This document shows positions 44,765-54,688 of a stretch of DNA of 64,000 nt, one piece after another. Origin of the DNA: a virus; IMG/VR virus record IMGVR_UViG_3300043411_001170, positions 32,001 to 96,000 of that record, one strand, 5' to 3'. A program made the translations under genes and the position numbers. Below the pieces are notes generated by a model. The model was not told the origin of the DNA, did no database searches, and was given only the letters and a program-made list of their open reading frames with translations. Every line of letters begins with the position of its first letter. Positions within the stretch are counted from its first letter, which is position 1.

Positions 44765-47368
44765 ATGGCTAAAACACCAAAAAACCCATATTCATTTGAT
44801 GGTTTCGATATAGAATCTCTTGAATCTCCTACTCAAGAGAAAGTAGGAAATTTCACATTTAATAGTCCACAACAAACGGATTACCCGCAATTATATGAGC
44901 TAATAGATGACACCGGGGAAAGTCCAAAATTTAACATTGACGAAGCATTTGATGACGGAATAAACCTTAATGCTTTTTTGGAAGAACCAAAAGAAACGGT
45001 TAATGATTTAAGATGGCTTACTCATCCAGACGTAAAAGAGATACCCACAGAAACTGCCCATATACGAGATGAACTACATCGACAATGGGTAGATAAAAAA
45101 CCTTATAAACGTTTAGATTATTCGGAGCACCATAAAGAATCTCCAAAACCTGAGTTGCCTAAGCTTTCTTTAAGAACGGTATTACAAAAAGCCGTTAGAA
45201 TGGCATCTGATGGGATTCCTCATAGTGTTATTTATGAATACTTAAATCCTATTTCTTCGATGGATGCCGTTCAAAAAACTATATCTATCATAAATCGAGA
45301 AAAGGATGTGTTAGGAAGATTGTTCATCAGAGCTAGTGTTTACCCTGGATGCCATAAAGGTGAATGGAAAGATAAAGTAAGGTCGTGCAATAATTCGGCA
45401 CGCTATATTATTTCTGCAAAGAAATGCAGGGGTTGCTATCAAAATAGAGGTGGAAGGTGCGACATATTTAAAAAAGAAATTGTTGATCTCTTGCCTTGGT
45501 CAAAAGCTCTTGCATGGTATCAACCTATATTTGAAGAACATGGAATTAATGCTGTAGGTAATACAGTAGAGGAAAAAGTTATTTCCATGTTTAGGGCGGT
45601 TCCATCCACGCCAAAAACACCTGAAAATTATTTCCCTGTAGATTACCTTCCTACAGTCCCATTAGAGCAAGCTGTAGATGAAATTGTTTCTTATAAAGAT
45701 AAAAGAAAAGTTATAGACATTTCATATAGAAACGAAATGAAGGAATATGAAAATGCAGTAAGTTATTTAGATAACTTAAAAAGATGTATGCTTATTACTC
45801 CAAAAGACTACGAAAACATTTTGCGTTCAACTGATAGTCCTATTACTATTATGTTGAAAGCCAGAGACGTTTTATTAAAGACCAAGGAAGTCGGTCTATA
45901 TAGTGGACCTGGAATGGATGTCTTACTAAATCAATTTGGAGACGTAAGTGAAGAAGAAATGTTAGCGTACCTTGCTAACATTGATAATAAGCAAATTATA
46001 TTAGACAATAGCCATAAAATCATACAAGAGAATAAAAGAAGGGCTGTAGATCAAATTAATAAATGGGTTCAGAATAGAATGCTCACCCCAGAGCAAGGAA
46101 AGTCAATACTTGCATTAGATTTATCACCTACGGATATCATCTTACTAGGAAAAAATACAATACTAAGTAAGGGAGATACTCCTACTTATTATGGTTATGG
46201 GACGGACAAAGTTATAAATCCCGATAAAGTCGTGTCTTTGGATGACGCTTGGAGGGATATTGCTAATTTCAAGAATACACAGCAAGTAATTGATCTATCG
46301 TATAGAAATAAAGTAAGAGAAGAGTCTGAGATAAAAGAAAATCTACAAAGATGGATGCAGACAGGATTACTTAGTAAATTGGCGTTTGATTTCCTTTCTG
46401 ACAATATTGGGAAAAGGCCAAAACATGAGATCCTATCTAAAGCTGCTAAAATTATCCAAGGTAATGTGGTTAAAGTAAGAGATTACCAAGGTCCAGGTGT
46501 TGATCACGAAGTAAAGAAGGTTGCTTCTTCTAAAGAAATTGCTCAAGAATTGAAAAATATGGAAATTCAGAGCAAAAAGGAAGAACAGAGGTTTTCTAAA
46601 CTTATACAAGATAGAAAAAGATCTGGTCTGTTAAAATATATCGGGGATATGAAAAATAAAGGCATTTTGAAAGAGGCTTCTGCGGAAAAACTGTCTCAGT
46701 TATGTACGGTCACAAATGATTTAAAGAAAGCTTTTGATTTATCCATGTCTTTAATACGAATGGAAATGAATGGTCCTCATAGACCAGAAATGAAAGAGAT
46801 AACAAAAGAAGCTTACGATGGAGAGGGAATAGGTGCAGTTCCTCAATTAGATATGACGTTAGAAGATGCTGTGAATGAAGTTGAATATGCCGAAGAACTT
46901 CCAGGATTTAGTTTGCCAGAAATAGCTAAGGCGGGAGATAAGATCACCGATTTGATGAATAAAGGCTTATCAGGTAAAGCTCTTGCAGATGCGATAGGAC
47001 AAGCAGGTTTAGACCAAATTGTCGATTATGTCCCAATTTTATCTGCAAATTTACAAATGAATGATGGCGTCATAGGTGTTTTATTTTTAGATCCTGAAAT
47101 ATATTTTACTCAGAATCTAGATGGGTGTAAAGCAGCAGCTAAGAAATTAAAAAAATCACCTGTACAAAATATCTTGGAAAAGCCAAAATGCGTTAAGTGT
47201 ACTCAGAACAGGGGCGATTTTTGTAACGTTTACGGAAGAAAATTGGTTAAACCCGATTTTGAAGAAATTCTGAGATCCCGTAGTAAAAAATCCCCAGAGA
47301 AGCTAGTACCTTATGTGGCTGAATTAGATCCCTCTTTAGTTGATGACTGGAACACTGACTTAGATTAA
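44765..47368 (+). CDS. Large hypothetical protein with two Cys-rich domains and internal ~90-aa repeats
   Basis: CRGCYQNRGGRCDIF and CVKCTQNRGDFCNVY; repeated VIDISYRN/VIDLSYRN and Y.GPG.D. Confidence 0.8.
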   Translation: MAKTPKNPYSFDGFDIESLESPTQEKVGNFTFNSPQQTDYPQLYELIDDTGESPKFNIDEAFDDGINLNAFLEEPKETVNDLRWLTHPDVKEIPTETAHIRDELHRQWVDKKPYKRLDYSEHHKESPKPELPKLSLRTVLQKAVRMASDGIPHSVIYEYLNPISSMDAVQKTISIINREKDVLGRLFIRASVYPGCHKGEWKDKVRSCNNSARYIISAKKCRGCYQNRGGRCDIFKKEIVDLLPWSKALAWYQPIFEEHGINAVGNTVEEKVISMFRAVPSTPKTPENYFPVDYLPTVPLEQAVDEIVSYKDKRKVIDISYRNEMKEYENAVSYLDNLKRCMLITPKDYENILRSTDSPITIMLKARDVLLKTKEVGLYSGPGMDVLLNQFGDVSEEEMLAYLANIDNKQIILDNSHKIIQENKRRAVDQINKWVQNRMLTPEQGKSILALDLSPTDIILLGKNTILSKGDTPTYYGYGTDKVINPDKVVSLDDAWRDIANFKNTQQVIDLSYRNKVREESEIKENLQRWMQTGLLSKLAFDFLSDNIGKRPKHEILSKAAKIIQGNVVKVRDYQGPGVDHEVKKVASSKEIAQELKNMEIQSKKEEQRFSKLIQDRKRSGLLKYIGDMKNKGILKEASAEKLSQLCTVTNDLKKAFDLSMSLIRMEMNGPHRPEMKEITKEAYDGEGIGAVPQLDMTLEDAVNEVEYAEELPGFSLPEIAKAGDKITDLMNKGLSGKALADAIGQAGLDQIVDYVPILSANLQMNDGVIGVLFLDPEIYFTQNLDGCKAAAKKLKKSPVQNILEKPKCVKCTQNRGDFCNVYGRKLVKPDFEEILRSRSKKSPEKLVPYVAELDPSLVDDWNTDLD

Positions 47369-47413
47369 ATTTTACACCTAAATACACCTAAATAATTGAG
47401 GCTAGTTTTTGAT

Positions 47414-49615
47414 ATGTCTAATCTTAAAGCAAAATATAGAAAGTTGATTCAACGTTTAGCTAAGGACGATGCCCCTAGTATAGATGAATTGACTAATCTA
47501 GCGAATAGTAAAAAGAAAAATACTCCTAAACCTCCTCCTGTTCCAGCACCAAAAGCTAAAACAGAGACTAAACCAGAGGCTAAAAAGCCACCTCCTATTC
47601 CAGAAGCAGCTAAGAAAAAACCTAAAAATCTTGACGACGTAAAAAGTATTAGTCTTTTTGAGGGATTACATCAAGAAAACGTACTTTTACGTTCTATTCA
47701 GGCAGACAATAAGTTTCCATTAGTTCCTGCTGAATATATTATATGGAGAATGATTCCGACAGAGAAATTTTTTGGTGGTTTAGCTGTTGCTCCCCATAAT
47801 AAAGAGGGAAAATCTTGGAGGGATTTACATACCCCAACGGGAATATATGTTCCTGAAGTAAAAAATATCAGAATGAAGAAATTTAAAAAGGCATGGGATA
47901 AATTACCTGACAGTGTCCAGTATCAATCCGTAAAAAAGATTATCATTAATAATGCGAAAACTTTTCAAAAATCTAAAGATATCCTAAAGAACTATATTAA
48001 TTCAAATTTAGGTGATGCTTTAAATGTGGAAAGTGCCTTTGTCGTTATGGATAAAAATCCTACAAAGTACGGTAAATTATCAGCAGCTTTGAAGCTGATG
48101 AATACTCCTGAGTTCATTGCTAATAAGTTGCTACCTGGAATCTCTAAAAAGAAAGATATTCCTACGAGTATTAATGAACTGATCTCTGCTAATTCTGACG
48201 TAGCTGAACAGTATGAATTATTAAAGAAGGCGAACCCGGTCTATGCCGAAGCTGTTATAAATAATCTTGTTAATGAAACAACGAAACAATTACAGAATAA
48301 AGAAAATGTAGATGCTCCCGAAGAACTTCCTCCAGTTGCTCCAAGTAAATCAGAGACTGATAGAGCTTTAGAGGAATCAAAACCTCCTGCACCTAAGTCT
48401 AAACCAGAGTTACCCCTAGCTGCACGGCCATTTTCTGACTTTGAAGCTGAATTTTCGGCCATTGTAACTAGAAAGAAAGCCAAATTAAAAGATGTAGATA
48501 CCATTGTAAATAACATCTTGAATGTCAAGGATGAGTATAGACAGTTAAATCCCAGAACAGCAGAGATGCTTAGACGTAAGCTAACAGATCACTTAAAGAA
48601 AGTATATATTACTAAGCATGCTTGGAATGTGATGTCTTCCAATAATCCGAATATGAAAGTAGATGTGGATGAAAGAATAAACTTGTCCAACACCCAAGGA
48701 CAACAACAAGCCTTGAGTATGGTTACTGGACCTATGACTCCAAATCAACAGGCTATCACAGGTGAATCGGTTATTAAAGTTCTTGGAAATTCGGCAGCAA
48801 TTAAAAACGCAATTAAAGATGCCATAAATCAACAAGATCAGAATAATCAAGATGCAGTTGCAGATGCTTTGAATCCTAGTACCTCTTTCTGCTCTGCATT
48901 CCAAAATGTAATGACAGATCCTCACCCTGATTTATCTAGAGTGGCTGTAAATGTTGATCCTAGTATACTATATAATTTGGCGTCGATCCCACAACCCACA
49001 ACAGTTAATTCCAATACTCTATTGCTTCCTAAAAATGAGCCTCCAGATCCAGGAGCTATTGCTATTCCTGCAAACCAACTACCTCAAATGGTTGGAAATC
49101 CAATGGCCTTGTTATCGATGCCTCCTCAAGGAATGCAAGGAATGATGCAGATGATGGCTTTAAATCAAGCTATGGGATCTGTTAATAGACAACAGGCATA
49201 TCAAAATAATTTAGCTAGTATGACACAACAAATTGAAGCCTTTAAAACAATGATGGAAACTTTAAAGGCAACTGTTGCCCCAATTTGGGGAGATGAGATA
49301 ACCAGAAGATTTGAACATGAAGCATATAATACATTCCTAAATAAATTTATGGAAATGTTTATGATGCAGGCTATTTCAAATCAATTTGGAATCCCAATGG
49401 AAAATATGAGCATCTTTACTCAACAACAAATGGCACAAATGTCAAATCCACAAGAGGGGGCAGCATTTGTAGAAAATCCACAAGGTGTGAGTAAGGTTGC
49501 TAAAAATCTAAATCCTATGCAGAAATTCGCTGTTTCTCTGGTCAAAGAATTGACCATGCCTACTAAAGCATCCATTGTCGGTCTAGCCCAAATTGTTGTA
49601 ACAACTGCTAAATAA
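47414..49615 (+). CDS. Large hypothetical protein (Pro/Lys-rich N-terminus, Gln/Met-rich C-terminus)
   Basis: Long ORF in the late cluster; ATG at 47414. Confidence 0.75.
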   Translation: MSNLKAKYRKLIQRLAKDDAPSIDELTNLANSKKKNTPKPPPVPAPKAKTETKPEAKKPPPIPEAAKKKPKNLDDVKSISLFEGLHQENVLLRSIQADNKFPLVPAEYIIWRMIPTEKFFGGLAVAPHNKEGKSWRDLHTPTGIYVPEVKNIRMKKFKKAWDKLPDSVQYQSVKKIIINNAKTFQKSKDILKNYINSNLGDALNVESAFVVMDKNPTKYGKLSAALKLMNTPEFIANKLLPGISKKKDIPTSINELISANSDVAEQYELLKKANPVYAEAVINNLVNETTKQLQNKENVDAPEELPPVAPSKSETDRALEESKPPAPKSKPELPLAARPFSDFEAEFSAIVTRKKAKLKDVDTIVNNILNVKDEYRQLNPRTAEMLRRKLTDHLKKVYITKHAWNVMSSNNPNMKVDVDERINLSNTQGQQQALSMVTGPMTPNQQAITGESVIKVLGNSAAIKNAIKDAINQQDQNNQDAVADALNPSTSFCSAFQNVMTDPHPDLSRVAVNVDPSILYNLASIPQPTTVNSNTLLLPKNEPPDPGAIAIPANQLPQMVGNPMALLSMPPQGMQGMMQMMALNQAMGSVNRQQAYQNNLASMTQQIEAFKTMMETLKATVAPIWGDEITRRFEHEAYNTFLNKFMEMFMMQAISNQFGIPMENMSIFTQQQMAQMSNPQEGAAFVENPQGVSKVAKNLNPMQKFAVSLVKELTMPTKASIVGLAQIVVTTAK

Positions 49616-49630
49616 ATTAGAGGTAAATAA

Positions 49631-50035
49631 ATGTCGAATTTAAAATTGGCTCATGCAATAATTAAATTAGCTCAGAAGATATTAGATAATAAACCCCCTA
49701 CAGAATTGGAATTACAGGTAGCCAAGGAAATAAAGAATCTTACTCGTAGCATGTTCTATAAAGATAACATGGTGCAGACTGACGTTGATTTTAATGAAAA
49801 TATGTATTATGTCAGATTTACCCTGCGAGAACTGTGGAATGGAGATATATTTGCTTTCTACGAATTTTCAGATCCAGACTATCCTAGAGAATGGACCCTA
49901 AAATTCGATACAAAGCCATACAAAGGAAATCCTAAAAAGATAGCTGAATCTTTGATCTCCGAAGTAAAGAAAAAATCTAAGAATATTTTAAGTAATGTTA
50001 CAGAAGATAACGGATTTTCTCAGAAACATGTTTAA
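49631..50035 (+). CDS. Hypothetical protein
   Basis: GAGG RBS; N-terminal KLA repeats. Confidence 0.7.
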   Translation: MSNLKLAHAIIKLAQKILDNKPPTELELQVAKEIKNLTRSMFYKDNMVQTDVDFNENMYYVRFTLRELWNGDIFAFYEFSDPDYPREWTLKFDTKPYKGNPKKIAESLISEVKKKSKNILSNVTEDNGFSQKHV

Positions 50036-50052
50036 TAATTTGAGGTAATCAT

Positions 50053-50793
50053 ATGACAGCAACATCCAAAGAGTTTTCAGATATAGCAACCTTAATTAAA
50101 TCTACGGATAGACCTCTAGGATTAGATGTATCGACACATCAGCCTAAAATAGATTGGAAAGCTGTCTATGATTTTGGAATAAAATGGGTCTATATAAAAT
50201 CTACAGAAGGCTCTTATCATAAGGACGAACAGTTTTTAAATCATTGGAAGGGTGCTAAAGACGCTGGGTTACTTACTAGCGCGTATCATTACGCTATATT
50301 ATTTTGGAAGGGAAAGGCATCTACACCTGAAAAAGAAGCTAAAAATCTGCTCTCTACGGTGCCTACTGATTATGATTTGCCTTTGGCATTAGACTTGGAA
50401 CCGAAAGAAGTAAAGCCGATAGTAGATGCTTTAGGAAAGAAAGCAGGTGCTGATTGGATAAAAAGATTTATTAAAGTCATAGAAGATGAGACAGGAAAAT
50501 CTCCATGTCTATATACCCATCATAGAATTATGGGAAGTGAAATGTTAGGAGATGAAGCTTTACAATTTAAAGCCTACTATACGTGGTGGGCATATTACGT
50601 TAGCTCTATGGAGTCTATTATTAAAGGAAACCATAAATTACCCCCAGGTTGGGGATGGAATATGTGGCAATGTACGTCTAATGGATCTATCCCAGGAATT
50701 TCCAGTAGAGTAGATATAAATATATTCAATGGATCACTATTAGAATTTGAAATGTGGTCTAAAACATGGGGTATTGCGACGAGCGTTCCCTAA
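50053..50793 (+). CDS. GH25 muramidase (endolysin)
   Basis: GLDVSTHQ, YIKSTEG, AYHY, LALDLE (DxE), MWQ, VDINIF. Confidence 0.9.
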   Translation: MTATSKEFSDIATLIKSTDRPLGLDVSTHQPKIDWKAVYDFGIKWVYIKSTEGSYHKDEQFLNHWKGAKDAGLLTSAYHYAILFWKGKASTPEKEAKNLLSTVPTDYDLPLALDLEPKEVKPIVDALGKKAGADWIKRFIKVIEDETGKSPCLYTHHRIMGSEMLGDEALQFKAYYTWWAYYVSSMESIIKGNHKLPPGWGWNMWQCTSNGSIPGISSRVDINIFNGSLLEFEMWSKTWGIATSVP

Positions 50794-50808
50794 TTTAAGA
50801 GATTAAAG

Positions 50809-51315
50809 ATGCCAATACCATTAAAATTTTCTAATGTTTTTGATTCATTTAAAGATCTAGTAGTTCATCCAGACCCTGTTACTGGTAATCTCGTACCAAA
50901 ATTAGTAAATCAATCTTTATTAGTTTTACCTGATGAGTCGGGAGTAAACTGTTCAATAGGTTGGGACACTGATAGCACTTTAGTAAATTCTATGCTTGAT
51001 ATTACAGTTGCTAATAATGATTTTACAGCTAGAGCAGTATTATATTTACATACCTATAAGCTAATTAGTGGCTTAGATTGGGTAGTAGGTGGAGGTGTTA
51101 ATGCCAGTGCTACTAATTTAGCTGCTGCAATAAATAATCTAGATGGATTTTCTGCAACAGCGGCGGGAGCCGTCATAACTGTATTAGGTCCAAAAGGTGC
51201 AGCAGGATTTGGGATTCCATTCAAGTCGTCATATGACGGGGCTATTGTTAATTTCACTTTCTCTACCGAAAACTACCTGACGCATGCTACTATTACGAAG
51301 CCCTATATAGAATAA
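50809..51315 (+). CDS. Hypothetical virion structural protein
   Basis: SATNLAAAINN...SATAAGAVITV pattern common in phage structural proteins. Confidence 0.6.
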   Translation: MPIPLKFSNVFDSFKDLVVHPDPVTGNLVPKLVNQSLLVLPDESGVNCSIGWDTDSTLVNSMLDITVANNDFTARAVLYLHTYKLISGLDWVVGGGVNASATNLAAAINNLDGFSATAAGAVITVLGPKGAAGFGIPFKSSYDGAIVNFTFSTENYLTHATITKPYIE

Positions 51316-51332
51316 TTGATAGAAAGGTAAAT

Positions 51333-52094
51333 ATGCCAACTATAAAGACAACAACGAAGAATTTTAATGAATTACTTAAAGAAATACCAGATACGGCTAA
51401 AAGAATAAAAGTTATAGATGTATTTGGAAATGAGGTATGGAAGAAGCCCGTTGATTTAATGCCTACAGATAAGATAAATCTAGACGGTCAAGTAGTATTT
51501 ACAGAATTTGATAGGGCAGAAGAAGCGAAGAAAAAAGCTGCTGAAGCTAAAAAAGTCAAGGATGAGCCTAAGCCTGTAGAACCTTCTAAATCTTCATCTA
51601 AAACAGATGAAGAAAGTGAAGAGGTAAAGAAAATAAAAGATAAGATCAGTAGAAAAAAGAAATATATTCAGGAAGATAAACTTTATCAGATCATAAAGAA
51701 AAATCCAGATTCATTAGAAACTCTTCAGAATATTATGTTAGCATTTTCTGAAGAACAGTCATCCATAGACTTTGAGAAGAATTATTTAGAGGAGCAAGGG
51801 ATCTCTGCATCAAAATTAGCGATGCAGAGAGTACGTATTTTACAGGCATTAGGTGAAACTTGGTTAAGCCATAAAGAGCTACTACTTCAAGAAAAGACTG
51901 GAATAGTAGACTTAAATAGTGACTCTTTTGGTAGATTATTTAAATTTATTGGTGAGACTTTTACAGATGTCATGTTGGAATGTGGTGTAGATCCACAAAC
52001 TATTAAGATGATCACTGTAAAGACATCTAAACAAATCGATGAAACTTGGAAATCAAAAGCACTTCGTAAAATGCTTGGTGAAGATAATAATTAA
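51333..52094 (+). CDS. Possible terminase small subunit
   Basis: Helical protein immediately upstream of TerL; positional inference only. Confidence 0.4.
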   Translation: MPTIKTTTKNFNELLKEIPDTAKRIKVIDVFGNEVWKKPVDLMPTDKINLDGQVVFTEFDRAEEAKKKAAEAKKVKDEPKPVEPSKSSSKTDEESEEVKKIKDKISRKKKYIQEDKLYQIIKKNPDSLETLQNIMLAFSEEQSSIDFEKNYLEEQGISASKLAMQRVRILQALGETWLSHKELLLQEKTGIVDLNSDSFGRLFKFIGETFTDVMLECGVDPQTIKMITVKTSKQIDETWKSKALRKMLGEDNN

Positions 52095-52129
52095 CATATG
52101 TATTTATAAAGTGCTAAAAAGGTTAAAAT

Positions 52130-53938
52130 ATGGCTGTAGATTTATCGAATATAATGCTCAACATTGGTAGAGCAAGTAAATTTCAAACACAACGATATAC
52201 TATAATTGACTATATAGAGTCTGCTTGGGGTTTAGGCCGTACATTATTCCCTGTACAAAAAGCGATATTAAAAGCTTTTTATGGTCTTCCCTTGGAAAAA
52301 GTACAAAAGAATATACAAATCAGAACGTGGAGAGGGGAAGTAATAAGAAATGTAACTGAGATTGATTATTTTAAAATGCTCTATGACGAGAGAAGATGTA
52401 ATATAGAACATTTTGAGGAAGGAAAAGAAAGAAATCGTTTGATTCTGTCCATTGGTAGACGTTCAGGTAAGTCTACAATGGCATCTTGCATCATGTCTTA
52501 TTCAGTGGACTATTTGTTGGGATTAGAAAATCCACAAAAATATTATGGATTGACAGATTCAAACGTTATTAAAGTTACAGCTGTTGCTACAGATAAAGAT
52601 CAAGCTGCCATTCTATTTAAAGAAGCATCAGCCCACTTTGAATCCTGTCAGAGTTTTAGACCTTTTATAGCAAATGCTACTCAGAGCTTTGTTAACTTCC
52701 AAAGTCCAGAAGATATTAGGAAGTATGGATCTTATCAAGAAAATGGCGTAGGAAAGTCAACAATAGAAATCACTTTTAAATCCGCTGTTGCAAAGGGTTT
52801 ACGTGGATCTGGTAACTTCGTTGTTGTATTAGATGAGATCGCACACTTTTCTGATAATTCAGGAACAGCATCTGGTCAAGCGGTTTATGAAGCCGTCAGC
52901 TTTTCTCAAGCTGCTTTCACACCAAAAGTAGGTATAGAAGCAACTGGAGAACCTGAATATAAGATGGTTATGATTTCTTCTCCGTTAGGAAGAACGGGAT
53001 TTTTCTTTGAACAATTTACATCAGGTTTCTCTGACGAATTTAAAAATGATACTTTATGTATTCAAGCACCTACTTGGGAAGTAAACCCTTCTGTTCCTAC
53101 AACCTTCTTGGTTCAGAAATATAAAGAAGATCCCGTAGTCTTTATGACAGAATGCGGTGCTATATTTACAGATAAGACCCGTGGATTTATCTCAGACGAT
53201 AAAGATCTCCATTTATGTATTGATGCAGCATTAAGACCTACATTTATGGGAAATGCAAGAAGAACTTATTTTTGTGGTATTGACTTAGCATTACAGAAAG
53301 ACCCTTCAGCTATTTGTATCGGGCATCTTGAAGACGATCTTATTGTTGTTGACTTAGTAGAGAGTATCAAAGCAGGTGAAGGGGAATACGTAGATTTAGA
53401 TAGATTGGAAGTAGATATAGTTGCTGATTGGGTTAAAGGAATATTAAAAAAATTCAGATTAAAGAAAGGTGTATTTGACTCTCACATGGGGCCTCCGTTT
53501 GAAAAGGCTTTACATGATAGAGGACTGAGAGATTTGGAATGTAAACACTCTACACAAGCTTGGAACTCAGAAGTTTATAAGACATTTAAGCAGATGCTAT
53601 TAGCTCGTAAGATTAAATTTTATAATTATCCCTTAAATGGACCACAAGAATTTTGTGACTATTTAACAGAAATAAAAGAACTACAAGAGACAAGAGTTTC
53701 TGAAAACGTAATTAAAGTAAGAGCACCTGAAATGCGTGGGAAACATGATGACCGTGCAGACGCTGTTGCTCGTATGGTATGGGTAGCATCCGAATTTTAT
53801 AAAGATGGAAATTTTACTTCAGGATTAACATCAGGAAACGACGCAAGAGTAGATAGAGGACTAGCCAATTACAGAAGGGGGGTAACTGGATTTGGAAGCT
53901 CTCCACTAAGACAAGTAAAGAAACCTTCCAGAAGGTAA
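52130..53938 (+). CDS. terL: Terminase large subunit
   Basis: LFPVQ, IGRRSGKS, VVLDEIAH, ISSP, GIDLALQKD, HDDRADA. Confidence 0.92.
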   Translation: MAVDLSNIMLNIGRASKFQTQRYTIIDYIESAWGLGRTLFPVQKAILKAFYGLPLEKVQKNIQIRTWRGEVIRNVTEIDYFKMLYDERRCNIEHFEEGKERNRLILSIGRRSGKSTMASCIMSYSVDYLLGLENPQKYYGLTDSNVIKVTAVATDKDQAAILFKEASAHFESCQSFRPFIANATQSFVNFQSPEDIRKYGSYQENGVGKSTIEITFKSAVAKGLRGSGNFVVVLDEIAHFSDNSGTASGQAVYEAVSFSQAAFTPKVGIEATGEPEYKMVMISSPLGRTGFFFEQFTSGFSDEFKNDTLCIQAPTWEVNPSVPTTFLVQKYKEDPVVFMTECGAIFTDKTRGFISDDKDLHLCIDAALRPTFMGNARRTYFCGIDLALQKDPSAICIGHLEDDLIVVDLVESIKAGEGEYVDLDRLEVDIVADWVKGILKKFRLKKGVFDSHMGPPFEKALHDRGLRDLECKHSTQAWNSEVYKTFKQMLLARKIKFYNYPLNGPQEFCDYLTEIKELQETRVSENVIKVRAPEMRGKHDDRADAVARMVWVASEFYKDGNFTSGLTSGNDARVDRGLANYRRGVTGFGSSPLRQVKKPSRR

Positions 53939-53941
53939 AAA

Positions 53942-54196
53942 ATGTTAGATAATATTCGATCAGACTATATTATAATGTTAAAAATGATACGCTCCTCTTG
54001 CCCTAAACTTAAAGCAACTGACAAAGAACTCAATGGTCTTAGTGAGTTGTTCATGAGATTAGGAGGTTCTTGGGTACGTGTTTTTAATGGATCTAACGAA
54101 GATTTATACTATTTGCGAAAATTAATCAAAAACTATAGTAAAGTAAAGGGAGCTTTTATTAAAGGCATTCGCAAAAAAAGAAGATCCAGGATTTAA
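53942..54196 (+). CDS. Hypothetical basic protein
   Basis: 84-aa ORF between TerL and portal. Confidence 0.6.
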   Translation: MLDNIRSDYIIMLKMIRSSCPKLKATDKELNGLSELFMRLGGSWVRVFNGSNEDLYYLRKLIKNYSKVKGAFIKGIRKKRRSRI

Positions 54197-54218
54197 TGAT
54201 ATTTTATAAGGTTTATAT

Positions 54219-54686
54219 ATGGCCATAGGAAAAATAGAAAAAGTAGCTAAAACATTAGGTATTCGTGGTTTTATAAGACCTAAAAATATTAAAGTTTTGG
54301 ACGAGACTCAGTTATCCTTTTTTGATTCTTGTGTAAGACAATTAAAAGAATTAAATGCTCAGGTACTTATTAAAATAAGATCGTTAGACAACTATACAAG
54401 AGATAAAAAGTACGAAGTATTAAGAAAAATAAATAAATTTGAAAATATTTTCCGTGGTGTCCGTAGTTATGTAGAGCATTATAATAATGTAGAAAGTTCG
54501 CTAGAAGTTGTAAAGTCTATTAGTGCAAATTTTACAGAAATCTATAATTTATTAGAACAGTCTAAAAAGAAATTACTAGATATCCAGAAAACAGATATTA
54601 TACTTTATAAGAAAATTGAAAAAGACATAGAAATTTTAAATAAAATAATTAAAGATACTAAAAAAATTGATGGTGAGGAGCGTTAA
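54219..54686 (+). CDS. Hypothetical helical protein
   Basis: 155-aa ORF. Confidence 0.65.
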   Translation: MAIGKIEKVAKTLGIRGFIRPKNIKVLDETQLSFFDSCVRQLKELNAQVLIKIRSLDNYTRDKKYEVLRKINKFENIFRGVRSYVEHYNNVESSLEVVKSISANFTEIYNLLEQSKKKLLDIQKTDIILYKKIEKDIEILNKIIKDTKKIDGEER

Positions 54687-54688
54687 TT

